From assembly GCA_015063645.1 (NCBI GenBank), contig SVTS01000003.1, positions 6,422 to 70,421 on the forward strand: a stretch of 64,000 nucleotides of DNA, in the 5' to 3' direction. The position numbers and the translations under genes were made by a program. The DNA comes from Oscillospiraceae bacterium (GTDB lineage Bacteria; Bacillota; Clostridia; Oscillospirales; CAG-272). The notes under the pieces were generated by a model that was given only the letters and a program-made list of their open reading frames with translations, was not told the DNA's origin and did not search any database. Below are positions 9,989 through 19,420 of the stretch, piece after piece. Each line of letters opens with the position of its first letter. Position 1 is the first letter of the stretch.

Positions 9989-11278
9989 TCAGTCGTCCGT
10001 ATCCAGGTATTCCAGGGCGGATTTCTTCGCCGACGGGCGGACATCGCCGTGACGCACCTGCGTCATGGTGACAAACGCCATGGCGGAGAAGAAAACGGCG
10101 TAGGGGAAGAGCACCCGATAGCCGACCAGCTGAATCAGCAGCCCGGAAAGCATCGGCGTGATGATCTGCGCCGACATGGAGAAGGTATAATAAATACCGG
10201 TATACCGACCCACATCCGCGCCGGAGCTCATCTCCACCACCATGGGATAGGAGTTGACATTGATCGCCGCCCAGCCGATGCCGATAACCGCCATAACGAT
10301 GTAGGCGGCAAAATGATAGGATGTGAAGAAGAACGCGCTGAGATATGCCAGCGTCATGGCGGTTACGCCGATGAGGATCATCTTCTTCCGTCCGATACGG
10401 GCGGAAATAATGCCCACGGGGATATAGCTGGCGGTGGTCACAACGGTGGCAACCAGCATCATCGTGGCACCTGTTCCCTCGGAAATCCCCCATACTTCCA
10501 GCACATAACGGGAGTAAGCGCTGGAAATCGCATTGTACGCGATATACCACATGGCAACGGAAAGCAGAATGAAAATCAGACTGCGGCGCACCTCGGGTGC
10601 AAGGCGGATGCCCGCACCGGGATTTGCCTCATCGGCTGTTTCCTCCTCCGGCGGCATGGCGTCTGCCAGTTTCCGTTCACGGATCGTCAGAAAGAAGATG
10701 ATAACAGCGGCAGCCATAAAGGCGGCAACAACGCCGAAAGTGGCGATATAGCTCTGCGCCTTTTCGCCGGTGGCAATATCAATTTTCGGGAGCATCAGAA
10801 TGATGATACCGTAGGTAAAAATCCCGCCCAGCGCACCCATCAGATTGATCACCGCATTGGCACCGCTGCGCAGCGGCTTCGGAGTCAGATCGGGCATCAG
10901 CGCTACCGCAGGGGAACGGTAGGAAGCCATCGCCAGAAGAAGCAGGGCAAGAGAAATGATGAACAGCGGCAGATTGCGTGTCCAGTCCGCATAGGGAACA
11001 AGAATCATCAGAATCACCGCCGCGGCGGTACCGACGAGGATGAACGGCGTGCGTCGTCCAAGGCGTGTGTTTATCTTATCGGAAAGAGAGCCGAACAGCG
11101 GAAGCAGAAACAGCGCCAGCAGATTATCCGCCGCCATCACCGCGCCGGTGACACTCTCGGGCAGTGCAAAGGTGTACTGCAGAATATACGGCACAACGTA
11201 ATCGTACAGCTGCCAGAACGCGCAGATGGACATGAACGCAAGGCCGATAAAAAATGTGCGTTTGTAATTCAGTTTCAT
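9989..11278 (-). CDS. MFS transporter (SLC45/maltose-permease-like)
   Basis: About 12 TM helices; GSLSDK..TRLGRRTPF motif. Confidence 0.9.
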   Translation of the reverse strand: MKLNYKRTFFIGLAFMSICAFWQLYDYVVPYILQYTFALPESVTGAVMAADNLLALFLLPLFGSLSDKINTRLGRRTPFILVGTAAAVILMILVPYADWTRNLPLFIISLALLLLAMASYRSPAVALMPDLTPKPLRSGANAVINLMGALGGIFTYGIIILMLPKIDIATGEKAQSYIATFGVVAAFMAAAVIIFFLTIRERKLADAMPPEEETADEANPGAGIRLAPEVRRSLIFILLSVAMWYIAYNAISSAYSRYVLEVWGISEGTGATMMLVATVVTTASYIPVGIISARIGRKKMILIGVTAMTLAYLSAFFFTSYHFAAYIVMAVIGIGWAAINVNSYPMVVEMSSGADVGRYTGIYYTFSMSAQIITPMLSGLLIQLVGYRVLFPYAVFFSAMAFVTMTQVRHGDVRPSAKKSALEYLDTDD

Positions 11279-11301
11279 GATATCTCCGTCACCCGATTAA
11301 T

Positions 11302-11892
11302 TCATGCGCCGTATGCGGCACAAGCCTCATTTATTGCCGCTTCGCAGTCACGCATTGCGGAAAGAGTGCGGTCAAGCAGCGTATCCAGCTCCCAGCCGAG
11401 CCGCTCAGCTCCTGCGCGGATCACCTCGCGGTCGCATCCGGCGGCGAATTTTTTATCTTTGAATTTCTTTTTCAGGCTGGACAGCTCCATATCGGTACAG
11501 CTTTTGGAGGGACGCATCAGTGCTGCCGCGCCGATCAGCCCGGTCAGCTCATCCGCCGCAAAGAGCACCTTTTCCATCTCATGGATCGGTTCCACGTCGG
11601 AGCAGATGCCGTATCCGTGGGAGCAGACTGCGTGGATCATCGCATCCCCGACGCCGCCTGCACTGAGCAGTTCCGGTGCCTTTTTGCAGTGCTCCTCAGG
11701 ATAAAGTTCAAAATCGATATCGTGGAGCAATCCCACCTGCGCCCAGAAATCCGCCTCATCGCCGTATCCCAGCGAATCCGCATACCAGCGCATCACTGCC
11801 TCCACAGTCAGCGCGTGACGGATGTGGAAAGGTTCTTTATTGTATTTCGTCAGCAGTGCGAGGGCATCCTCGCGGGAAAGAATGGATTCCAT
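11302..11892 (-). CDS. HD-domain (HDIG-type) hydrolase
   Basis: RHALTVE, GLLHDID, SHG and AADELTG motifs. Confidence 0.85.
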   Translation of the reverse strand: MESILSREDALALLTKYNKEPFHIRHALTVEAVMRWYADSLGYGDEADFWAQVGLLHDIDFELYPEEHCKKAPELLSAGGVGDAMIHAVCSHGYGICSDVEPIHEMEKVLFAADELTGLIGAAALMRPSKSCTDMELSSLKKKFKDKKFAAGCDREVIRAGAERLGWELDTLLDRTLSAMRDCEAAINEACAAYGA

Positions 11893-11944
11893 CTTTGTTA
11901 CCTCGATTATCAAAATAAGTTCCGGGGACAGCGCCCCGTGCCGC

Positions 11945-12496
11945 TCACAGCCCGAACGCCGCAATAATCCGCTCCGCCGTTTCAGCGGCGGACAGATCCG
12001 CATTCTCGATACGGATGAAATGTTCAAACGGCACCTCGCCGTCGCGGCTGATCAGGCGATACTTTTCATTTGCATCCCGCAGGCGGCGGTCGGACAGTTC
12101 CAGATCCCGCTTGGATGCCTTATGCGCCAGGCGGTTCTCCGTCCGGTTGCGGGCAAGCCGCACCTCCTGGGGCGCATCCAGCTCCGCACAGTAAATTTCT
12201 GCCCCGTGTGCGCGGAAAATATCCGCCACATGGACGATATACTCCGTATCCGCCGGCACGTCGAACACCCACATATAGGTGAAGATCATTCCCTTCGCGT
12301 CCGACGCGGCAAATTCCTCAAAGATGACTTCCCGCAGGCGGGACACGACACGACCGTTATAGGTACCGAAAATCTCGATCACCGGCTCGATGGTCATGTG
12401 ATTATGGAAAAGCCGCAGTCCGGTACGTCGGGCAATCTCCTGTCCCACGGTCATCTTGCCGACGGCACAGTCCCCGGCGATGATCAGCAGTTTCAC
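11945..12496 (-). CDS. P-loop nucleotide kinase/AAA family protein (shikimate-kinase-like)
   Basis: GTG start overlapping the ybaK stop; GDCAVGKMT Walker A; LFHNH motif. Confidence 0.8.
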   Translation of the reverse strand: MKLLIIAGDCAVGKMTVGQEIARRTGLRLFHNHMTIEPVIEIFGTYNGRVVSRLREVIFEEFAASDAKGMIFTYMWVFDVPADTEYIVHVADIFRAHGAEIYCAELDAPQEVRLARNRTENRLAHKASKRDLELSDRRLRDANEKYRLISRDGEVPFEHFIRIENADLSAAETAERIIAAFGL

Positions 12497-12978
12497 GCCT
12501 GCTCCCCGGGACGCCAGCCTTTGCAGACGTCCACCCATCCTGCGCTGCGGGATGCTTTCTCCAGCTCCTGCGGCGTCATGCGCACGGCGCTGGATGCACT
12601 TCCTGCGGCAGGATACACCGTCTCAAAACGGAGCAGGGATTCATCCAACCATACCGTTACGCCATCCGGCAGTGCGAACGGGCATACGCCGCCCACCGCG
12701 TGACCGGTATACTGAATCGCCTCGTCGGGCGTGAGCATCTTCGCCTTCTGGGAGAAGCGCAGTTTATAGCGGGAATTGTCAATGCGTGCATCCCCCGCCA
12801 TAACGATCAGGACAGCTTTATCCCCCTGCATAAAGGAAAGCGTCTTCGCGATGTGCGCTTCTTCGCATCCCAATGCCTGTGCCGCCAATGCGACCGTCGC
12901 ACTGGATACTTCAAATTCAATCACACGGTCTGCCAGTCCGTAGGCGGACAGATAGTTTTTCACAAGTTCAACAGACAT
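12493..12978 (-). CDS. YbaK/EbsC aminoacyl-tRNA deacylase family
   Basis: IAKTL, GHAVGGVCPF and PAAGS motifs. Confidence 0.9.
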   Translation of the reverse strand: MSVELVKNYLSAYGLADRVIEFEVSSATVALAAQALGCEEAHIAKTLSFMQGDKAVLIVMAGDARIDNSRYKLRFSQKAKMLTPDEAIQYTGHAVGGVCPFALPDGVTVWLDESLLRFETVYPAAGSASSAVRMTPQELEKASRSAGWVDVCKGWRPGEQA

Positions 12979-12989
12979 GATTTTTCTCC

Positions 12990-14249
12990 TTATCTCACCT
13001 GACCGCTGCCGTTTACGAGGAACTTTTCCGTGGTCAGTGCGTCAAGACCCATGGGACCGCGTGCGTGGAGTTTCTGGGTCGAAATGCCAAGCTCTGCGCC
13101 GAAGCCGAATTCGCCGCCGTCGGTGAAGCGGGTGGATGCATTCACATATACCGCCGCCGCGTCCACGCTCGTCTGGAAAAATTCGGCGGCAGCCAGATCG
13201 TTCGTCACGATGGCTTCACTGTGACCGGTGCCGTAGCGATTGATGTGAATCCGCGCCGTATCCAGTGTATCCACAATCTTCACCGCAACGATCAGATCGT
13301 TATATTCCGTATCCCAATCTTCCTCCGTCGCCGGTGTCACGTCGGGCAGAATCTCTCTTGTGCGCTCACACCCGCGGATCTCGCAGTGATGTTCGTCCAT
13401 CGCCGCTTTCAGCATCGGCAGAAAAGCCGGCGCGATCTGCGCGTTCACCAGAATCGTCTCACATGCATTGCACACGGACGGGCGGGAAATTTTTGCGTTT
13501 ACGGCGATCTTCAGCGCCATTTCCGGATCGGCATCCGCGTGGATGTACAGATGGCAGTTGCCTGCACCGGTCTCGATTACAGGTACCCGGGCATTCTCCA
13601 CCACGGCGCGGATCAATCCCTTGCCGCCGCGGGGAACCAGCACGTCGATCAGCCCGCGCATCTGCATCAGTGCCTCGGAGGAGGCGCGGGTGGTGTTCTC
13701 AATCAGCTGAATGGCTTCCGCCGGCAATCCGGTTTCTGCCAATGCACGGCGCGCCAGCGATACGACGGCACGGTTCGATTCGATGGCTTCCTTGCCGCCG
13801 CGAAGCACAACCGCGTTGCCGCTCTTGATGCACAGGGCAGCTACATCCGCCGCCACGTTGGGACGGGCTTCAAAGATCACGCCTACCACGCCCATGGGCA
13901 CACGGATACGGCGTATCATAAGACCGTTGGGACGCGTCCAGCACTCGCCCTTGCCCACAGGATCCGGCAGTGCGGCGATATCCTCCGCCCCCTTTGCCAT
14001 TCCTTCGATACGTGCGTCTGTCAGACGCAGGCGGTCCAGCATGGTGTCACGGACACCGTTTTCCGCCGCGTTTGCCAGATCCTTTGCATTCGCTTCCAGA
14101 ATCACGGATGCATTCTCACGCAGCAGCCGGGCAAAGGTGCAGAGGGCGCGGTTCTTCACCTCGGTGCGGGCTCTTGAAAGCATGGCAGAATTCACCTTTG
14201 CCCGCATACACAAATCGTACACTTCGTCGAAAATTTTCTTTTCTTCCAT
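12990..14249 (-). CDS. proA: Gamma-glutamyl phosphate reductase
   Basis: IFEARPNV, RPSVCNACE, VNASTRFTDG and ISTQKLHARGP motifs. Confidence 0.97.
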   Translation of the reverse strand: MEEKKIFDEVYDLCMRAKVNSAMLSRARTEVKNRALCTFARLLRENASVILEANAKDLANAAENGVRDTMLDRLRLTDARIEGMAKGAEDIAALPDPVGKGECWTRPNGLMIRRIRVPMGVVGVIFEARPNVAADVAALCIKSGNAVVLRGGKEAIESNRAVVSLARRALAETGLPAEAIQLIENTTRASSEALMQMRGLIDVLVPRGGKGLIRAVVENARVPVIETGAGNCHLYIHADADPEMALKIAVNAKISRPSVCNACETILVNAQIAPAFLPMLKAAMDEHHCEIRGCERTREILPDVTPATEEDWDTEYNDLIVAVKIVDTLDTARIHINRYGTGHSEAIVTNDLAAAEFFQTSVDAAAVYVNASTRFTDGGEFGFGAELGISTQKLHARGPMGLDALTTEKFLVNGSGQVR

Positions 14250-15046
14250 CAGTTTTCCTCTTTCTTCGCGGCGAAATATGTACCGGTGCGCTGACCGTCG
14301 ATGATGCCGTAGAGCACTCTGGGATCCCGTCCGTTGAGAATCTGCATGGGAATACCGGCACCGGTGGCAATCTGCGCCGCTTTCAGCTTGGTGATCATAC
14401 CGCCCGTACCGCGGGTAGATCCGACACCGCCCGCATAGGCGAGGATCTCTTCGCTGATCTCCTCAACTGTACTGATGAGGCGGGCGTTTTTATTCTTTCG
14501 GGGATCGCTGTCATACAGACCGTCGATATCACTGAGATTGATCAGCAGATCCGCGTCGCAGATGATGGCAACATAGGCGGACAGCGTATCGTTTCCGCCG
14601 AATTTAATTCCCTCATAGGAGACGGAGTCGTTCTCGTTGACAATCGGAATACAGCCGAATCCGATCAGGCGCGCAAAGGTAGATTTCGCCAGCGCAAAGC
14701 GGTTCTCATCATCCACTACATCCTTGGTTACCAGAATCTGACCGACGGTGATGCCGTATGCGCCGAACAGCCGCTCATACAGCCGCATGATCTCGCACTG
14801 TCCCACTGCGGCAAGTGCCTGCTTTTCCTCTGTTGTGCGGTCGGTGATCTCAAGCCCAAGACGGCTTGTGCCCGCAGACACCGCGCCGGAGGACACCAGA
14901 ACCACTTCCAGCCCCGCGTTATGCATATCGGACAGGACGCGCACCAACGTTTCGATGCGGCGGATATTCAGTTTTCCCGTGGCGTAGGTCAGAGTTGATG
15001 TACCGATTTTGACCACAATTCTCTTATATTTACCCATTTGTTCCAT
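14249..15046 (-). CDS. proB: Glutamate 5-kinase, short form without PUA domain (start 15046 or 15037)
   Basis: VVKIGTS, SSGAV, NENDSV, SDIDGLY and GTGGMITK motifs. Confidence 0.93.
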   Translation of the reverse strand: MEQMGKYKRIVVKIGTSTLTYATGKLNIRRIETLVRVLSDMHNAGLEVVLVSSGAVSAGTSRLGLEITDRTTEEKQALAAVGQCEIMRLYERLFGAYGITVGQILVTKDVVDDENRFALAKSTFARLIGFGCIPIVNENDSVSYEGIKFGGNDTLSAYVAIICDADLLINLSDIDGLYDSDPRKNKNARLISTVEEISEEILAYAGGVGSTRGTGGMITKLKAAQIATGAGIPMQILNGRDPRVLYGIIDGQRTGTYFAAKKEEN

Positions 15047-15162
15047 GACTGTCAGCAAAAAGCTCCCGATTTCCAAAAAATTTTCACAAAATGTATTTCT
15101 TTCTCCGCCGGAATAGATTATAATTATATATGTATACCTATGCGTGAAGAAGTTACACCTTT

Positions 15163-15190
15163 ATTATATCACACTCCCCGAATAAATCAA
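15163..15190 (-). promoter_or_regulatory. sigmaA promoter for the proBA operon
   Basis: TTGATT, 16 bp spacer, TATAAT with extended -10 TG on the minus strand. Confidence 0.55.
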
Positions 15191-15243
15191 GGGGGAGCGA
15201 ATGAAATCACGCATCGGAATGAAAAAAACGAACGGAGACTGAG

Positions 15244-15948
15244 ATGAAGGAAAGATATACAATTTCAATTGCGGATATCCAGCTCAACATTCTCTCGGAT
15301 GAGCCGGAGGATTATGTACATTTCGTCGTCGGACAGCTGGATCAGATCGTGCGTGAGATGACCATGAAGAATCAGCGGTGCTCCAAGCTGGATGCGGCGC
15401 TTCTCTGCGCGCTGGATTCCCTCAGCGAAAAAAACAAGAGCGACAAGCGCATCAAGAATCTGGAAGCACAGATCTCCCTGTATGAAGCGACGATCAAACG
15501 GCTCCGTCAGGATATCGCCCAGATGCAGCAGGCAGGCATTCCGAAGCCCGCACCTCAGCCGATCAAGGAGATTCTGAAAGAGGATGCCGCGCTGTTCCGG
15601 AAAGAGGAAAAGCCCGCCGAGGCAAAACCTGCGGCAAAAGAGCTCAAAGAAGAAACTCCGGTACAGGTTCCGCTGAATACTGTCAGCGAAGAAGCCCCCC
15701 GGCAGGCTGATACGCCCGCTGAGGAGAAGCCGGAGGAGGAAAAGCCCGCTCTGCAGAATGCCAAGCTCCGCCAGATTGAGGAGCTGCTCCGCCGCCGCAG
15801 TGAAGACGGTGCCGGCGATGATGCGGCAGAATCTGCCTCCGAGAACAGCAGCCGGGATGCCAAGCTGCGTGAAATTGAAGAACTGCTGCGCAAAAACGGC
15901 GGCGGTCAGTCCCTGAGTGAAGCTCTCCATGATGCGATCCGGAGCTGA
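15244..15948 (+). CDS. zapA: Cell division protein ZapA with long C-terminal extension
   Basis: N-terminal YTISIA..L.I.SDE..DYV followed by a coiled coil; upstream of a U32 peptidase gene. Confidence 0.8.
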   Translation: MKERYTISIADIQLNILSDEPEDYVHFVVGQLDQIVREMTMKNQRCSKLDAALLCALDSLSEKNKSDKRIKNLEAQISLYEATIKRLRQDIAQMQQAGIPKPAPQPIKEILKEDAALFRKEEKPAEAKPAAKELKEETPVQVPLNTVSEEAPRQADTPAEEKPEEEKPALQNAKLRQIEELLRRRSEDGAGDDAAESASENSSRDAKLREIEELLRKNGGGQSLSEALHDAIRS

Positions 15949-17992
15949 TTTTCTGCCGGAACTGCTTGCCCCCGCCGGTTCGCCCGAGGCTCTTGCCGCC
16001 GCCATTGAGGGAGGCGCGGACGCAGTTTATTTCGGCGCAGTCAAATTCAGTGCGCGCATGCGCGCCAAAAATTTCTCCGAAACGGAGCTGTACGATGCCA
16101 TCGCCCTCTGCCGGGCATACGGCGTACGTTCGTACATCACGGTCAACACCCGTCTGCGGGACGGCGAACTTCCCGAGATGCTGGACACAGTTGGCATCCT
16201 CCACGATGCCGGCGCGGATGCGCTGATCATGGCAGATCTGGGGGCGGCGGCAATGGTCCGTGAAAAATATCCCGCGCTGGAGCTGCATGCCAGCACACAG
16301 CTCTCCGGCTGTTCCGCCGAGGATGCACGGGTACTGCAGACACTTGGATTTTCCCGGATGGTCTGTCCCAGAGAGCTGTCCCTGAAGCAAATCTCCCTGC
16401 TCTGCGGCGCATCCCCCATTGAAATTGAAATGTTTATCCACGGTGCGCACTGTGTTTCCTATTCGGGACAGTGCATGCTCAGCTACGCCATGGGCGGCAG
16501 AAGCGGCAACCGGGGTGAATGTGCTCAGCCGTGCCGGCTTCCTTACATGATCAGCTGTGCCGCAGGGGCAAGCAAAAACGAATATCCCCTCAGCCTGAAG
16601 GACATGTGTCTCGCGGGACATATCCGTGAGATCATTCTCAGCGGTGCATCTTCCCTGAAGCTGGAAGGCAGACAGAAATCCGCCGATTACGTCTGGGGCG
16701 TTACCAAAATGTACCGGACACTGCTGGACGAACGCCGGGATGCAAGTACGGATGAAATCGCCTCTCTGGCGGCGCTGTTCAGCCGGGACGGATTCAGCGA
16801 CGGCTATTTCCGCGACCGCTACGCCGACATGCTGGGCGTACGCCGCCGGGACGACACGGAGATGTCCAAAAATGCACCTGCGTTTCCGGGGCTGACGAAA
16901 AAAATCCCGCTGGATGCTGCATTCCGCATGCGCGCCGGCGAGCCGATTTCCCTCTCGCTGACAAACGGCGAGAAGACCGTCACCGTCTGCGGTGACATTC
17001 CCGATGCGGCACGCACTGCCGCCATGGATGCGGAAAATGCCAAAAAGAACCTGTCCAAATTCGGCGGAACGCCGTATGTTCTGCGGAATTTCACAGCGGA
17101 AATCGATGACGGACTGTTCTGCACCCCCGCAAAGCTGAACGCTCTGCGCCGGGATGCCATTGCCGCACTGAACGCGCCGGCTGTCCGTGAAATCCAGGAT
17201 GCTGCGGTGCCGGGGAAACCGGCATCCGCACCTGCCGCGCCGCTGCGCCGGACGGCAGAATTCCTCTCTCCGGATCAGATTCCTCCGGAAGCGGAGGAGT
17301 TCTTCGACGAGATCTATCTGCCCCTGCGCTGCCGTGCACGGGATTATTCCGTAATGCTCCCGCCGTATGCGCCGGACAAGACGCTCAGCCGCGCCGAAGC
17401 GGCACTGTCCATTGTATCTCCCCGCTCGGTTCTGGTGCAGAGTCCCGCACAGATCGCGCTGGCGGTACGCAGCGGTATCCCCGCATTTGCCTCCCTGCGG
17501 CTGAATGTATTCAATGACCGCTGTGCGCAGGAAATCATCCGGCTGGGTGCCGCCGCTATCACCGCATCGCCTGAGATCCCGCTGGGCGCTGTACGCGCCA
17601 TGTCGGTTCCCCGCGCCGTGATCGCCTACGGACGACTGCCCCTGATGCTGACGCTCCGCTGTGCCATCTCCGACGGCGGAAGCTGCTGCACGCTGGACGG
17701 CACAGGCGGATTCCATGAGAATACGGAAAAGCCCCATCTGTGCCGTGCGTCCCTCACTGACCGTACCGGCACATCCTTCCCACTGATCGGCATGTATGAC
17801 GGCTCCAACGTGCTCTACAACAGCGTTCCGCTGTACATGGCTGACCGCATGGACACCCTGCTCCGCTGCGGCGCAGGTGTGCATCACTTTATTTTCTCCG
17901 ATGAGACGAAAGCCGAAGCGGCACGGGTTATCCGCGCATACCGGGACGGTATGCCGCCCGCTGATCCTGCCGCCGTACGGCGACTGAAATAA
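15929..17992 (+). CDS. Peptidase U32 family protein with DUF3656 (RlhA-like RNA hydroxylase)
   Basis: ELLAPAG, GADAVY, HGAHCVSYSGQC, NRGECAQPCR and SLKLEGR motifs. Confidence 0.9.
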   Translation: MMRSGADFLPELLAPAGSPEALAAAIEGGADAVYFGAVKFSARMRAKNFSETELYDAIALCRAYGVRSYITVNTRLRDGELPEMLDTVGILHDAGADALIMADLGAAAMVREKYPALELHASTQLSGCSAEDARVLQTLGFSRMVCPRELSLKQISLLCGASPIEIEMFIHGAHCVSYSGQCMLSYAMGGRSGNRGECAQPCRLPYMISCAAGASKNEYPLSLKDMCLAGHIREIILSGASSLKLEGRQKSADYVWGVTKMYRTLLDERRDASTDEIASLAALFSRDGFSDGYFRDRYADMLGVRRRDDTEMSKNAPAFPGLTKKIPLDAAFRMRAGEPISLSLTNGEKTVTVCGDIPDAARTAAMDAENAKKNLSKFGGTPYVLRNFTAEIDDGLFCTPAKLNALRRDAIAALNAPAVREIQDAAVPGKPASAPAAPLRRTAEFLSPDQIPPEAEEFFDEIYLPLRCRARDYSVMLPPYAPDKTLSRAEAALSIVSPRSVLVQSPAQIALAVRSGIPAFASLRLNVFNDRCAQEIIRLGAAAITASPEIPLGAVRAMSVPRAVIAYGRLPLMLTLRCAISDGGSCCTLDGTGGFHENTEKPHLCRASLTDRTGTSFPLIGMYDGSNVLYNSVPLYMADRMDTLLRCGAGVHHFIFSDETKAEAARVIRAYRDGMPPADPAAVRRLK

Positions 17993-18014
17993 ACGACAAC
18001 CGAAAGGACTCTGT

Positions 18015-18467
18015 ATGACTGCATCATTTCCCGTCCGGATCCGCCTTGTACGCGATGGCGCATCCATCCCCCGCTACGCCACCGCAGGCGCTGCCGCCTG
18101 CGATCTCACCGCCGCCGTGGAGCAGCCGATTCTGCTGAAAGCCGGCGAAAGTGTCTCCATCCCCACCGGCATCGCCATCTCCATGGAGCAGAGCGGCTAC
18201 GTCGCCATCATCTGCGCCCGTTCCGGACTGGCATTCCGCCACGGCCTGAATCTGGTTAACGGCATCGGTGTCATCGATGAGGATTACCGGGGCGAAATCT
18301 GCGTGGGACTGCGCAACAACAGCAGTGCGGATTATGTGATCCAGCCGGGCGAGCGTATCGCCCAGATGATGTTCATGCCGTATGTGCAGGCATCCTTTAT
18401 CGCCGCAGACTCGCTGGATGATACGGAGCGGGGTGAGGGCGGTTTCGGTTCCACAGGAAAATTCTGA
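18015..18467 (+). CDS. dut: dUTP diphosphatase
   Basis: ARSGLA, GVIDEDYRGE, RIAQ and RGEGGFGSTG motifs. Confidence 0.97.
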   Translation: MTASFPVRIRLVRDGASIPRYATAGAAACDLTAAVEQPILLKAGESVSIPTGIAISMEQSGYVAIICARSGLAFRHGLNLVNGIGVIDEDYRGEICVGLRNNSSADYVIQPGERIAQMMFMPYVQASFIAADSLDDTERGEGGFGSTGKF

Positions 18468-18477
18468 GGTATAGACT

Positions 18478-18735
18478 ATGAGAAAGAACTTCTGGCTGAA
18501 TCTGTTTCTGATCTGCGTGGGCGTTGTTGTCGGCACACTTGCCGCCAATCTCTGCGCCGGAATCCCGATGCTCTCCTGGCTGGCTTACGGCATGGACTTC
18601 GGTATGGCGGCTCCCGCCACGGTGGATCTGCAGGTGATCTCCTTCACCATCGGCATCACCCTGAATCTGAACATCTCGGTGATCATTTTCATCACACTCT
18701 CCGTACTTTTGGGCAATCTGATTGCCCGCAAGTGA
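18478..18735 (+). CDS. Small membrane protein (DUF4321-like)
   Basis: 85 aa, hydrophobic; VDLQVISFTIGITLNLNI; upstream of maf. Confidence 0.75.
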   Translation: MRKNFWLNLFLICVGVVVGTLAANLCAGIPMLSWLAYGMDFGMAAPATVDLQVISFTIGITLNLNISVIIFITLSVLLGNLIARK

Positions 18736-18766
18736 GTACAGACTGCGGAAAGGAACGTACAGCATC

Positions 18767-19372
18767 ATGAACAACACAGCTGCCGGACGCCGGCTGATTC
18801 TGGCATCCGGCTCTCCGCGGCGGCACGATATTCTGTGCACCGCGGGCATCCCCCACGAGATCCGTGTCGCGGATGCGGACGAATCGCTGCCGGCGGGCAT
18901 CGCCCCCTCTGATGCGGTGGAAATGCTCTCCGCGCGCAAGGCGTCTGCGGTTCTGCGCACTGCCGCAGCGGATGAGATCATTCTCGCGGCAGATACCGTG
19001 GTCAGCCTGAACGGTGTCATCCTCGGGAAACCGCTGGATGAAGATGACGCACGGGCAATGCTCCGTGCCCAGTCGGGGAATGCCCAGGAGGTATATACCG
19101 GCATCACAATCACGGACGGACACACGACCGTGACCACGCATGAAAAAACAATAGTCCGCATGCGCACGATCCACGAGGATGAAATCGAAGATTATATCGC
19201 CTCGGGTGATCCCATGGACAAGGCGGGCGCATACGGATATCAGAGTCTCGCCGGCGTTTTCGTCGCCGGAATCGAGGGCGATTACTTCAATGTAGTCGGT
19301 CTGCCCCTGTGCAGAGTGAGCACAATTCTGCGGGAGCAGTTCGACTTCCGTCCCCAATGGAACCGGCGCTAA
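18767..19372 (+). CDS. maf: Maf nucleotide pyrophosphatase
   Basis: LILASGSPRR, ADTVV, LGKP, DKAGAYG and NVVGLP motifs. Confidence 0.95.
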   Translation: MNNTAAGRRLILASGSPRRHDILCTAGIPHEIRVADADESLPAGIAPSDAVEMLSARKASAVLRTAAADEIILAADTVVSLNGVILGKPLDEDDARAMLRAQSGNAQEVYTGITITDGHTTVTTHEKTIVRMRTIHEDEIEDYIASGDPMDKAGAYGYQSLAGVFVAGIEGDYFNVVGLPLCRVSTILREQFDFRPQWNRR

Positions 19373-19420
19373 GAATTTGGAAAGGAATTCCGTGCCCTCC
19401 GGCACGAACAGATAAGTATT

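Noticed and set aside
14249-15046. ProB lacking the PUA domain as a pseudogene
   Set aside because: Short ProB forms are well known; catalytic motifs are intact and the stop overlaps the proA start.
15047-15243. T-box leader for proBA
   Set aside because: No GGTGGNACC T-box motif or leader terminator is visible.
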